From NCBI GenBank assembly GCA_963676105.1, contig OY781039.1:120001-152000 (forward strand): a stretch of DNA of 32,000 nt, read 5' to 3'. The notes below the pieces were generated by a model. That model was not told the origin of the DNA. It did not search any database and saw only the letters and a program-made list of their open reading frames with translations. Below are positions 6,746-15,757 of this stretch, in pieces. The DNA comes from Erysipelotrichaceae bacterium (GTDB taxonomy: Bacteria; Bacillota_I; Bacilli_A; Erysipelotrichales; Erysipelotrichaceae). Within the stretch, counting starts at the first letter, position 1. Every line of letters begins with the position of its first letter. The translations under genes were made by a program, and so were the position numbers.

Positions 6746-9206
6746 CTGGTAATAGATTTAATACAATTTCAACTGGTTGCGAGTAACTAGCTTTAAAGGT
6801 AAAACGATCAGATTGACCATCTCCCCAATGGATATAGGTAAAGTTACCTGTATTTCCATCGAATTGAAGTTCACCATGAGTTGGATATTCAACCACTGTG
6901 TAGTAAACATAATTGGTATATGGATCATATCCTTTAACATTTCCGTATAGCGTTTGTCCATTATAGAATCCAAAGCTAGTAGGAAAGGCTACAGGCGTTG
7001 ACAGTGGGACGAAAGGACTTGGGACAAATTCTGCTTTTATGTAGCCTGTAACAGCTTGTGAAGCTGTTGCTTCGGTAGGTGGTACGTAAGGATATACACC
7101 TTGAACGTGTGTTATATCAACAACATCAGCAGGTCGCGCAACACTTGACGGATAATCACCATCAGCATAATAGAAATCTAAGATTGAGTTATTAATGTGT
7201 CCTGGTAGATTTAAGTTGATTTGAGCACGATCTAAGTAGGATATTTGATCAGCAACCGCTTGATCATATCCAACCCAAACAGCTGTCACGATTTCACTGG
7301 TACCAGCAATCATCCATTTATCTTTAGCAGCACCTTCTGGAATGCCATATTCTAGACCGGTATCACCCCAGTCAGAGGTACCTGTTTTTGCGTAAACTTG
7401 ATAAGGAGATCGTAATACTTGCATGAAGTTTCCATATGGACCTGTAACATCTTGTTCCATCATCATTGCGGTAATAAACGCAGCTTGTGGTGACAAGACT
7501 TCTTCACTTGTATAGCTTGGTTCAATCGATTCTGATCCATCGTTGAATTCAATTTTTGTGATTGTATGTGGGGTAGTATATAAACCTGCATTTAACATTG
7601 CTGAGTACGCGCCAGCCATTTCCATAGGTGAGGCTTTAAAAGTTGATCCACCAATTCCATAACCTGAATCAAAGGTATCTACTGTTACACGACTAAAGCC
7701 AATTGAATTTAAATAAGCTACAACTTCAGCATTTGATATTTCACGTGCAACAGCTCCCATAGTTTCAATGGCAGGAATATTTAAAGAGTTACCGATTGCA
7801 TATGCCACACTTACAGGCCCTCTATATTTATCATCCCAGTTTCGAATAACAACATCTGTGCCAGTATAGATAATGGGTCTATCGTAAAGAATATGTTGGG
7901 TTGAGTAACCTAGATATTCAAAGGCTAAAGGGTAAGTTAGAATCAGTTTTGCGCTAGAACCAGGTTGTCTAATCATGTCGGTTGCACGATTAAATAAGCG
8001 CTCACCTTCATAGAAACGACCACCCCCCATTGCGAGTATTTCGCCAGTGACTTGATTCATACTGACAATACCTGTTTGAATAATGTCGTTTGGCCATTCA
8101 ACTTCATCTATTTGACCATTTTCAATAGCTTCAATATGTGTTTGTAGTTCTGTATCCATTGAAGTATAAATCTTCATAGACACTAAAGCTGGATCTTGAC
8201 CTGTTAAAGCGATTGTTTCTTGTATAACTTCATCAATATAAGCTTGATAAGGATGAGATGAAACAGCCGTATCATCATTGCTTTCAGTTGTTAGTGTACC
8301 GGTAATTAAATTTTCAATATTTACTGATTTTGCTAAGATATTTTCTTCTTCAGAAATATAACCATGATATTCCATTAAATCTAATACAATATGTGTTCTT
8401 TGAGTTGCAAGTTCTAAACTTTTAATTGGATTATAAGCATTTGGGGCATTAATAACACCAGCTAACATCGCACTTTCAACAAGTCCTAATTCTGAAACAT
8501 CTTTACCAAAGTAATATTGTGACGCTGTTTGAATACCGCGACGATTGAGTGGAACACCAAAGTTAATTCGATTTAAATACATTTCCAAGATACGTTCTTT
8601 ATCAACAATTTTTTCAGCTTCTAAAGCTAAAGAAATTTCTTGAATCTTTCGATTGACACCATCAAGTCCTGATCGAGCTGCTAAACTGTCTTCAGTTTCA
8701 AAGTAAGTCCCTTTAACCAATTGCATCGTAAAGGTTGATCCACCTTGTCCAAAGGATAGAGTACGGATATTTTCTAAGATGGCTTTAGTGAAACGTGGAA
8801 CATCGAACCCTTCGTGTTCAAAGAAACGTGAATCTTCTACCGCTACAAAGGCATCAATGGTAATTTGAGGTAAATCATCAAAGTGAATATTTTCAATAAT
8901 TTGAGTACCGATATCTGCGATTAAATTTCCATCTTTGTCATAAACTTTAGTTGAGTCTTGTTCAATAAAGTCAGCGGCAACTAGTTCTGGCGCATCTGCC
9001 ACTACTGATTGAATATAAGAGATACCTACAAATAACGCGATTAAACCAAGCGCCATAATAAAGAGTAATGCCTCTTTTATGTAAATTAAAAAGTGCTTAT
9101 TTTTGTCATCATTTTTCTGTGATTTGTTTGTTTTTTGGTTTTTAGGATTGAACGCTTTGATGACTAAGCGTATGTTGTCAAAAAACTGTGCAAAGTTAAA
9201 TTTCAT
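6735..9206 (-). CDS. Class A penicillin-binding protein (GT51 glycosyltransferase plus transpeptidase) with a C-terminal extension
   Basis: GT51 motifs are present (EDSRFFEHEGFD, GGSTFTMQLVK, RKIQEISLA). Transpeptidase motifs are also present (SSAK, SLN, KTGT). There is an N-terminal membrane anchor. Confidence 0.92.
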   Translation of the reverse strand: MKFNFAQFFDNIRLVIKAFNPKNQKTNKSQKNDDKNKHFLIYIKEALLFIMALGLIALFVGISYIQSVVADAPELVAADFIEQDSTKVYDKDGNLIADIGTQIIENIHFDDLPQITIDAFVAVEDSRFFEHEGFDVPRFTKAILENIRTLSFGQGGSTFTMQLVKGTYFETEDSLAARSGLDGVNRKIQEISLALEAEKIVDKERILEMYLNRINFGVPLNRRGIQTASQYYFGKDVSELGLVESAMLAGVINAPNAYNPIKSLELATQRTHIVLDLMEYHGYISEEENILAKSVNIENLITGTLTTESNDDTAVSSHPYQAYIDEVIQETIALTGQDPALVSMKIYTSMDTELQTHIEAIENGQIDEVEWPNDIIQTGIVSMNQVTGEILAMGGGRFYEGERLFNRATDMIRQPGSSAKLILTYPLAFEYLGYSTQHILYDRPIIYTGTDVVIRNWDDKYRGPVSVAYAIGNSLNIPAIETMGAVAREISNAEVVAYLNSIGFSRVTVDTFDSGYGIGGSTFKASPMEMAGAYSAMLNAGLYTTPHTITKIEFNDGSESIEPSYTSEEVLSPQAAFITAMMMEQDVTGPYGNFMQVLRSPYQVYAKTGTSDWGDTGLEYGIPEGAAKDKWMIAGTSEIVTAVWVGYDQAVADQISYLDRAQINLNLPGHINNSILDFYYADGDYPSSVARPADVVDITHVQGVYPYVPPTEATASQAVTGYIKAEFVPSPFVPLSTPVAFPTSFGFYNGQTLYGNVKGYDPYTNYVYYTVVEYPTHGELQFDGNTGNFTYIHWGDGQSDRFTFKASYSQPVEIVLNLLPEKE

Positions 9207-9315
9207 AGTAACGTTTTTATTTTACCCTAGCTTTCACGCTTTTAAAAGTAATTGTCATAACCAATGAGTGATTTTATAGTGATTGATTTATAAAGGGGTT
9301 TGTTATAATAGGGAT

Positions 9316-10089
9316 ATGAATGAAAAAATCAGCTTTTTAAAATCCTATTTACCACAAATAAGAGAGAAATTATTAAACTATCCAATAAAGGAAATTAGCA
9401 CAAAATCTAAGTTTGATGACATTGTGACTGACGTTGATGTTTTAGTCCAAAATGAACTTATCGCAACGCTTCAAAAAGAGTATCCAGACACAACTTTTTT
9501 AGCTGAAGAGGAAGGGCAATTAGACCTGAGTAATAAGTTATGGATTATTGATCCCATTGATGGGACAAAAAACTTTGTTAGAAAGCATGCTGATTATGCG
9601 ATATCAATTGCCTATTATGAAGACTTAAAACCTTTGTTTGGCATTGTCTATGACATTGTTGAAGATTTAATGTATCTTGCGCAAAAGGGCGAAGGTGCCT
9701 ATTTAAATGATATTAAAATGCCGATGTGTCCAGTTAAAACACTTAATGAATCCATACTAGATGTTAATTTGAATACTGTTTACTACTATCGAGAAAAACA
9801 GCGAATTGACTTAATCAAAGTGAATGAGCAAGCATTTGCGAATCGTTGTTATGGATCTGCCGCATTAAGCCTTTGTCGAATAGCTTTAGGTTCACATGAT
9901 ATTTATTTAAATAATCGTTTAAGTTTATGGGATTATGCCGCAGCTCAGATTATTCTTGAAGAAGTGGGTGGGGTTGTAAGATTTCCTTATCACTCAGGTT
10001 CTTTATTAAATGATAAAAGTGTTGTCTTAAATGCAGCCTCATCAAAGGAATTACTCGATGAAGTAATTGATAATATGATTCATCTGTAA
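9316..10089 (+). CDS. Inositol monophosphatase-family protein (SuhB/IMPase-like)
   Basis: Family motifs FLAEEEG, WIIDPIDGTKNF and WDYAAAQIILEEVGG are present. ATG 9316 is preferred over the track start at 9283 (TTG). Confidence 0.85.
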   Translation: MNEKISFLKSYLPQIREKLLNYPIKEISTKSKFDDIVTDVDVLVQNELIATLQKEYPDTTFLAEEEGQLDLSNKLWIIDPIDGTKNFVRKHADYAISIAYYEDLKPLFGIVYDIVEDLMYLAQKGEGAYLNDIKMPMCPVKTLNESILDVNLNTVYYYREKQRIDLIKVNEQAFANRCYGSAALSLCRIALGSHDIYLNNRLSLWDYAAAQIILEEVGGVVRFPYHSGSLLNDKSVVLNAASSKELLDEVIDNMIHL

Positions 10090-10100
10090 AAAAATCTATC

Positions 10101-10895
10101 TTAGGATAGATTTTCTTCTGGATTAAAGATATTTTCAATGCCTTTATATAAAGCATAGGCTAAGCGTAGTTGATACGATTCTTGAATGAGTAATTGCTCT
10201 TCAGCAGGATTGGATAAGAAGCCCATTTCTATGACGATATTTGGTACTTTTGAAAAATTAAAGCCTGTTTGGTCATCTCGTTCAAATGATCCAAAGCGAT
10301 CCATTCCCATTTCATCAATGAGTGTATCCAAGACAATGTTTCCATAAACACGACTGGTTTCAGCAATATCAACCGCATAATAAATAGGTGCTGGATACAA
10401 AACTGATGCCCCATCATTGCTTGTATAGATGGATGAATCGCAATGAACACGAATCATAAAATCTGCGTTGAGATAATTGGCGATGTTTACGCGTTCTATG
10501 TTACCTAGCATATCCAAATGATCATCACGTGTCATATAGACAATATAATCATTCTCTAATAATAAGTCCTTTAAGATAAATGAAACATTTAATACAATAT
10601 CTCGCTCCATAACACCTGTGATATTACCGGCTGTCCCAACACCATATTTTCTCTTTGTTATATCTGAGCCAGGGGCGATTGGTTCTTGGTCATAATTAAA
10701 TTGTGTAGAGTGACCTGGATCAATCACGATGATAATGGGATCTTCAATGTCTTCCTTAATTGGATATGAACTAAATAAATTAGCATATTGCTTATCATCG
10801 AGAATCGCACTTTCTTCTTGTGCTTGAGGTCCTAAGCGTAGAAAAAGAATACATGTTAAAAAAGTGAATATTGAAATAAGTGTTTTTTGTATCAT
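10101..10895 (-). CDS. Secreted N-acetylmuramoyl-L-alanine amidase (Amidase_3 family)
   Basis: A signal-like N-terminus is present, together with IVIDPGHS, RVHCDS and VIEMGFLSNPAEE, which are typical of Amidase_3. Confidence 0.8.
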   Translation of the reverse strand: MIQKTLISIFTFLTCILFLRLGPQAQEESAILDDKQYANLFSSYPIKEDIEDPIIIVIDPGHSTQFNYDQEPIAPGSDITKRKYGVGTAGNITGVMERDIVLNVSFILKDLLLENDYIVYMTRDDHLDMLGNIERVNIANYLNADFMIRVHCDSSIYTSNDGASVLYPAPIYYAVDIAETSRVYGNIVLDTLIDEMGMDRFGSFERDDQTGFNFSKVPNIVIEMGFLSNPAEEQLLIQESYQLRLAYALYKGIENIFNPEENLS

Positions 10896-10944
10896 CTTAT
10901 TTAATGATAAGACATTAGCTAGCTTAAAAACAAACTAATAGACT

Positions 10945-12135
10945 TTATTCAGGATTTTTAATTTTAATCGCAACAAATAAATTAATAAAAGACAATGAAC
11001 CTACAAGGTAGAAAATGTATTGAGGTCCATAGTTTTGCCAAACAAAACCAGCTAAAACCGCAAAGGTAATACTCATGACATGATCTAAACTAATCCCAAG
11101 TGATAATGACGGCGTGATGTCTTGTGGATCAACCGCAATCTTTTTAAGATAGACCGTTCTAATGATCGCCATTTGAGCTGACATACGATCTGCGACGAAA
11201 AGGATATAAGCTAGTAATACAGGGATTCCAGTAATGGCTAGCGTTCCATTATAATAACCGCCACTTAAGAAGCCATAGGCAAAATAAACGAGAATAAAAG
11301 ATATCGCATCAGCATATAACATTTTCTTTACGCCAAAACGATCAATCCATCGACCTAGTGCGGGAATAAAGAAAATACCTGCGAACAAACCAGCCATAGC
11401 TAACATCGCAATAGTATCTGTTTTCTTGCCTAATAGTTCAATGATGACCCATGGTCCATAGACCATCATCATTTGTTTTTGAACACCGTACATAATAACT
11501 AAGGTGTAGTAATATTTGTATTCTTTACGAAAAACAAAACGAGTTTTTTTGGGATGTGATCCTTCACCATGCATTTCTTTATTTAAAATTAATAAAAGGA
11601 AAATAACGATGACAAAGATTATAGCTGATATGAGAAAAACCCATTTTATTTCATAGTTAAATGAAAAGAAGCCAGTTCTAAAACCAACAAAAACTAAAGC
11701 CATGCCCAACATTTGAAAACCTGTTGTGACACCTTTGAATTGACCCATTCGTTTACCAATATTTTGTGGTTCAGATAAAGAGATCCCAATAGAGTCTTGC
11801 ATTGGCATAAATAAATGCATCCCTAAAGAATTAATGAATACAAACACGAGCATCACGCCAAACGAAGGAGTAAACAAACCCAAGACAGTAATCCCAATCA
11901 CAGATAGAATTTGCGCAATGATTGATATTTTAATGTCGCTTAAAAAAGATAAGCTTGCGACCACAATTATCAACAGCATACCAGGTGATTCACGTGGTAT
12001 TTCAATCATGCCTCTTTGTAAGGCGGTGACATTATATACTTCTTTAAAATAATTTGAAAAAATATCGTTTGTTAAGGCGATTCCGAAAGCGGTAAAAGCC
12101 AATACGATAAAATACAGTTTCATTGATCTCTTCAT
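10945..12135 (-). CDS. MFS transporter
   Basis: The protein has about 12 hydrophobic segments with an MFS-like organisation. The start was moved to ATG 12135, which lies 6 nt after GGGGA. Confidence 0.72.
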   Translation of the reverse strand: MKRSMKLYFIVLAFTAFGIALTNDIFSNYFKEVYNVTALQRGMIEIPRESPGMLLIIVVASLSFLSDIKISIIAQILSVIGITVLGLFTPSFGVMLVFVFINSLGMHLFMPMQDSIGISLSEPQNIGKRMGQFKGVTTGFQMLGMALVFVGFRTGFFSFNYEIKWVFLISAIIFVIVIFLLLILNKEMHGEGSHPKKTRFVFRKEYKYYYTLVIMYGVQKQMMMVYGPWVIIELLGKKTDTIAMLAMAGLFAGIFFIPALGRWIDRFGVKKMLYADAISFILVYFAYGFLSGGYYNGTLAITGIPVLLAYILFVADRMSAQMAIIRTVYLKKIAVDPQDITPSLSLGISLDHVMSITFAVLAGFVWQNYGPQYIFYLVGSLSFINLFVAIKIKNPE

Positions 12136-12286
12136 AATCAATCCCCAATTCTAATAATGTTTTAAACTATTGATTTATTATAGTTTATATACAAATGGAT
12201 ATCTATTAAATAATAATAACTGGCAAATTTTTTCAATGACAATCACTTTAGTAGATTTAAAAAACATAAAGATGAATAATTAAATT

Positions 12287-12700
12287 ATGGATAAACTTAA
12301 AGTAAGTGTTTTAATAAATGCTAATCACAATGAAGTTTGGGACAAACTGACAAAACCTGAACATATCACACAATGGAATTTTGCGAGTGATGATTGGTGT
12401 TGTCCTAATGCAGTAAATGATTTAAGAATTGGAGGTTTATTTAAATCAAGAATGGAAGCAAAGGATGGATCATTTGGCTTTGATTTTGAAGGTGTTTATA
12501 CAACTGTTAATAAATATGATTCTTATACCTATGTATTAGAAGATAAAAGAGTAATAGATGTAGCTGTTAAAGAAACAGATAACGGTGTAGAAGTAATTGA
12601 GATTTTTGATCCTGAAAACGAAAATCCAGTTGAATTACAAGAAGAAGGTTGGCAAGCAATTTTGAATAATTTTAAAAAATACTGCGAGGAAAAGAAATGA
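12287..12700 (+). CDS. SRPBCC/AHSA1-like small protein
   Basis: The sequence VLINANHNEVWDKLTKPEHITQWNFASDDW ... GFDFEGVYT is typical of Aha1-domain SRPBCC proteins. Confidence 0.68.
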   Translation: MDKLKVSVLINANHNEVWDKLTKPEHITQWNFASDDWCCPNAVNDLRIGGLFKSRMEAKDGSFGFDFEGVYTTVNKYDSYTYVLEDKRVIDVAVKETDNGVEVIEIFDPENENPVELQEEGWQAILNNFKKYCEEKK

Positions 12701-13104
12701 TAAATATCTATTTTAATCACAATGGGAATGCGCGTGAAGTCATCGAGTTCTATCAAACTGTGTTTGATGCCCCAAAAGCACAAATAATGACCTTTGAGGA
12801 GGCACCAAATATTGATGACAGAATGAAAGATTGGATAATGCATGGGACTTTAGATATAAAGGGTCAAACACTGATGTTTTCAGATACGATGCCTGATGAT
12901 CCTGCATCTGTGGGTGAGAACATTACGCTCTTAATATCATTAGATGATGAAAAAGAACTACGAACACGTTTTTTAAGGCTAAGTGATCAAGCAAAGATTA
13001 TTCAAGATCTTAGTCCTAGTTTCTTTAGTCCTTTATATGGTTCTTTGATTGATAAATTTGGGACTACCTGGCAATTTTACTTAGAAACAAGCTCTGACTC
13101 ATAG
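12697..13104 (+). CDS. VOC-superfamily PhnB/YjdN-like protein
   Basis: The pattern YFNHNGNAREVIEFYQTVFDA ... IMHGTLDIKGQTLMFSD ... DKFGTTWQF is present. The gene overlaps the upstream gene by 4 nt. Confidence 0.7.
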   Translation: MINIYFNHNGNAREVIEFYQTVFDAPKAQIMTFEEAPNIDDRMKDWIMHGTLDIKGQTLMFSDTMPDDPASVGENITLLISLDDEKELRTRFLRLSDQAKIIQDLSPSFFSPLYGSLIDKFGTTWQFYLETSSDS

Positions 13105-13116
13105 AGCTTGTTTTTT
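13088..13116 (+). terminator. Intrinsic terminator after the VOC gene
   Basis: The sequence is caagctct-gactcat-agagcttg followed by tttttt. Confidence 0.75.
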
Positions 13117-13160
13117 ATGTTTCAAATATAGGAGTATGATTAATCTATAGGAGAACATCT

Positions 13161-13802
13161 ATGCGAATTCAAAAAATTAGTTTTGCGCTTGCTTTGTTTG
13201 TGACACTCACATCATTGACATTAGCGGGGATAAATAATCATTCTAATAATTTCTTTTTAACACAATTATTTATTGGGATTACATCAAGTTCATTGATTAT
13301 AACCATTTTATCACTATCAAATTATTTTACTGAACGCAAAAAAGCTTTAAGACATTTTTACACCTTATTAATTAAAAATATGAATCTAATTAATAAATAC
13401 ACAAATGATATTGAACTTAAGACACAATTAGAATTTCTCTTAGGTATATCGAATATGGATATTATTGAGTTGGAACTAGCTTTAGAAGAAATTGATTTTA
13501 TCAAAAAGAAATCAAATATATACATCAGAGAACATATCTATGAACCGATAGAGGACTTGCATCACGAGGTCAATCGAAATAAAGAATTGTTATTGAAATA
13601 CTATAAAGCTAATATCCATACAGATGAGTTAGATGAAGTATTAACTCAAATGGATGAAGTGATGTTGGAAATGGTTGAGGAATCAAAGATGCATGAGATT
13701 GGAAATCGATTCTATACCTTTAAAGAAAATAATGTTAAGAATATATTTACTTATCAAATCTTAGATGATTTTGAGAAGTATATTAAGTACTTTACAAAAT
13801 AG
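13161..13802 (+). CDS. Hypothetical 2-TM protein with a helical cytoplasmic C-terminal domain
   Basis: An RBS (aggag) lies at 13150-13154. Two N-terminal hydrophobic helices are followed by a charged helical region. I recognise no family. Confidence 0.55.
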   Translation: MRIQKISFALALFVTLTSLTLAGINNHSNNFFLTQLFIGITSSSLIITILSLSNYFTERKKALRHFYTLLIKNMNLINKYTNDIELKTQLEFLLGISNMDIIELELALEEIDFIKKKSNIYIREHIYEPIEDLHHEVNRNKELLLKYYKANIHTDELDEVLTQMDEVMLEMVEESKMHEIGNRFYTFKENNVKNIFTYQILDDFEKYIKYFTK

Positions 13803-13810
13803 ACATAAAA

Positions 13811-13839
13811 AAACGTTGACCACTTAAGATCAACGTTTT
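13811..13839. terminator. Bidirectional terminator between the hypothetical gene (+) and amt (-)
   Basis: The sequence is aaacgttga-ccacttaaga-tcaacgttt, flanked by an A-run and a T-run. Confidence 0.7.
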
Positions 13840-13852
13840 AATTTGTTTAAGA

Positions 13853-15097
13853 TTATTTAACTGAGAAGCTCTTCATTTCGAAGTCAGCATATGCAGATGA
13901 ACCGTGTTCTTCAATATCAAGACCAGCGATTTCTTCTGCTTCGCTAACACGAAGACCTAATACCATATCAACCACTTTGAATGTGACGAATGCAGTACCG
14001 ATTGCCCAAGCACCTACAGATAGAACACCAACAGCTTGAATTGCGAGTTGTCCAATTCCACCACCGTAGAATAGACCACCATCAACTGCGAAGAAACCAA
14101 CTAAGATTGTACCAACAGCACCGACAACACCGTGAACTGATGAAGCACCAACTGGATCATCGATTTTGAAGACTTTATCGATAATTTCGATAGAGAAGAC
14201 AACGACAACACCAGAGATACCACCGATGAAGAATGCACCGACAGGATCAACGGCAGCACAACCAGCAGTAATACCTACAAGACCTGCTAATGCACCATTG
14301 AGTGACATAGATACATCTGGTTTACCAAATTGTACCCAAGATACGATCATCGCAGCGATTGCACCAATTGCAGCTGCAATATTAGTTGTAACAAAGATTA
14401 AGCTAATTGCTTCAGCATCTGCAGCACTAGAAGCTGCTAGTTGTGAACCAGGGTTAAATCCGAACCATCCAAACCATAGGATGAATACACCAAGTGCACC
14501 TAATGTTAATGAGTGACCTGGAATAGCGTTTGATTTGCCATCTTTAGTATATTTACCAAGACGAGGACCAAGAATCATAGCCCCAATTAATGCAGTCCAA
14601 CCACCAACTGAGTGAACAGCTGTTGAACCAGCGAAATCAATGAAGCCAGAAGCACCAGCGATTTCTAAAGTTGATAAGAAACCACCACCCCAGATCCAGT
14701 GACCTGAAATAGGGTAAACAAATGTTGTAATAACGAAGCTATACATTAAGTATGAAACGAATTTTGTACGTTCTGCCATAGCTCCAGAAACGATTGTAGC
14801 AGCAGTTGCTGCGAAGACTGTTTGGAAAATCAATGATGTGTAATCATCGTAGAATAAGAATCCTGAGAATCCAAATAATCCCATTTGGTCAGCACCATAC
14901 ATAATGCTGTAACCAATAACCCAGAACATAATGGAACCAACTGCGAAGTCCATTAAGTTCTTCATAATAATATTCCCTGCGTTTTTAGCTCTTGTGAAGC
15001 CTGTTTCTACCATCGCAAAGCCAGCTTGCATAAAGAAGACTAAAGCTGCTGCAATGAGAACCCATATAGTATCTAATACTAAACTAATATCTTCCAT
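13853..15097 (-). CDS. amtB: Ammonium transporter (Amt family)
   Basis: The Amt signature DFAGSTAVHSVGGWTALIGAMILGPR is present, there are about 11 TM segments, and the gene is adjacent to a P-II gene. Confidence 0.93.
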   Translation of the reverse strand: MEDISLVLDTIWVLIAAALVFFMQAGFAMVETGFTRAKNAGNIIMKNLMDFAVGSIMFWVIGYSIMYGADQMGLFGFSGFLFYDDYTSLIFQTVFAATAATIVSGAMAERTKFVSYLMYSFVITTFVYPISGHWIWGGGFLSTLEIAGASGFIDFAGSTAVHSVGGWTALIGAMILGPRLGKYTKDGKSNAIPGHSLTLGALGVFILWFGWFGFNPGSQLAASSAADAEAISLIFVTTNIAAAIGAIAAMIVSWVQFGKPDVSMSLNGALAGLVGITAGCAAVDPVGAFFIGGISGVVVVFSIEIIDKVFKIDDPVGASSVHGVVGAVGTILVGFFAVDGGLFYGGGIGQLAIQAVGVLSVGAWAIGTAFVTFKVVDMVLGLRVSEAEEIAGLDIEEHGSSAYADFEMKSFSVK

Positions 15098-15109
15098 TGT
15101 TTTTACCTT

Positions 15110-15457
15110 TTAAAGCGCTTTGACGCCTTCCTCTCCAGTACGTACTTTAATTACGTTCTCAACAGGGTAGATGAAGATTTTACCATCTCCAATTTCCCCA
15201 GTTCTTAATACTTCTAAAGCTGTATCAACAACTTTTTGTACGGGTACTTCACACACCACAATTTCTACACGTGATTTTGGTAGTAAATCAATGCTGTACT
15301 CAGATCCTCTGTAGTATTCAGTTTTACCTTTTTGAAGACCACAGCCTAGTACATTAGTGAATGTCATACCTGTAATTCCGATTTCATTCAACGCCTCTTT
15401 CAATGATTCAATCTTGCTTGGGCGAGTGATGATATCTACTTTTGTAATCTTATCCAT
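15110..15457 (-). CDS. glnK: P-II nitrogen regulatory protein (GlnK/NrgB type)
   Basis: The T-loop (GLQKGKTEYYRGSEY) and C-terminal signature (TGEIGDGKIFIYPVENVIKVRTGEEG) are present. The start was moved to ATG 15457, because AGGAGG abuts the track start at 15463. Confidence 0.9.
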   Translation of the reverse strand: MDKITKVDIITRPSKIESLKEALNEIGITGMTFTNVLGCGLQKGKTEYYRGSEYSIDLLPKSRVEIVVCEVPVQKVVDTALEVLRTGEIGDGKIFIYPVENVIKVRTGEEGVKAL

Positions 15458-15757
15458 ATACATCCTCCTTTTGATTTTTTCATAACCCTTGTGTTGTATC
15501 CGTTATGAATTGAGAGCATAGTAGCAAACCCGAGAACTCATGACAAGTGTAAAATTGAAAAAAACTGCAAAAACATGAAAAATATTTACTGAAAATGCTT
15601 TCAAAAGTGTAATTATATCCAAAAGATTGAAAAATATATCAAAAAGATATGAAAAATATCAATAAAAATGACAAAAAACCGAAAAATATATTATAAATTT
15701 TGATTAAATAAGTTAAATGATATAAAAAGAAACTATTTGCATAGTTTCTGGATATAT

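Noticed and set aside
14166-14516. A 116-aa ORF antisense to the amt gene. The same applies to the nested or antisense ORFs at 2543-2725, 3004-3354, 3117-3305, 3565-3759, 4365-4679, 6758-6973, 9950-10156, 10229-10450, 11834-12052, 12529-12843, 14931-15113, 17870-18061, 23770-24051, 27100-27300, 28609-28842 and 28797-29003.
   Set aside because: All lie entirely inside, or antisense to, longer ORFs that have clear family signatures. Their composition is low-complexity or odd and they lack RBSs. They are typical shadow ORFs.
15481-15511. A hairpin (ttcataac-ccttgtgttgtatcc-gttatgaa) in the putative leader of the P-II/amt operon, considered as an attenuator or riboswitch.
   Set aside because: On the transcribed (minus) strand the stem is followed by A-rich sequence rather than U-rich sequence, so it is not an intrinsic terminator. 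I recognise no known riboswitch consensus. It is left unannotated.
15464-15757. A search for a TnrA/GlnR operator (TGTNA-N7-TNACA) upstream of the nitrogen operon.
   Set aside because: Reading both strands by eye gave no match with both half-sites, so no such site is claimed.
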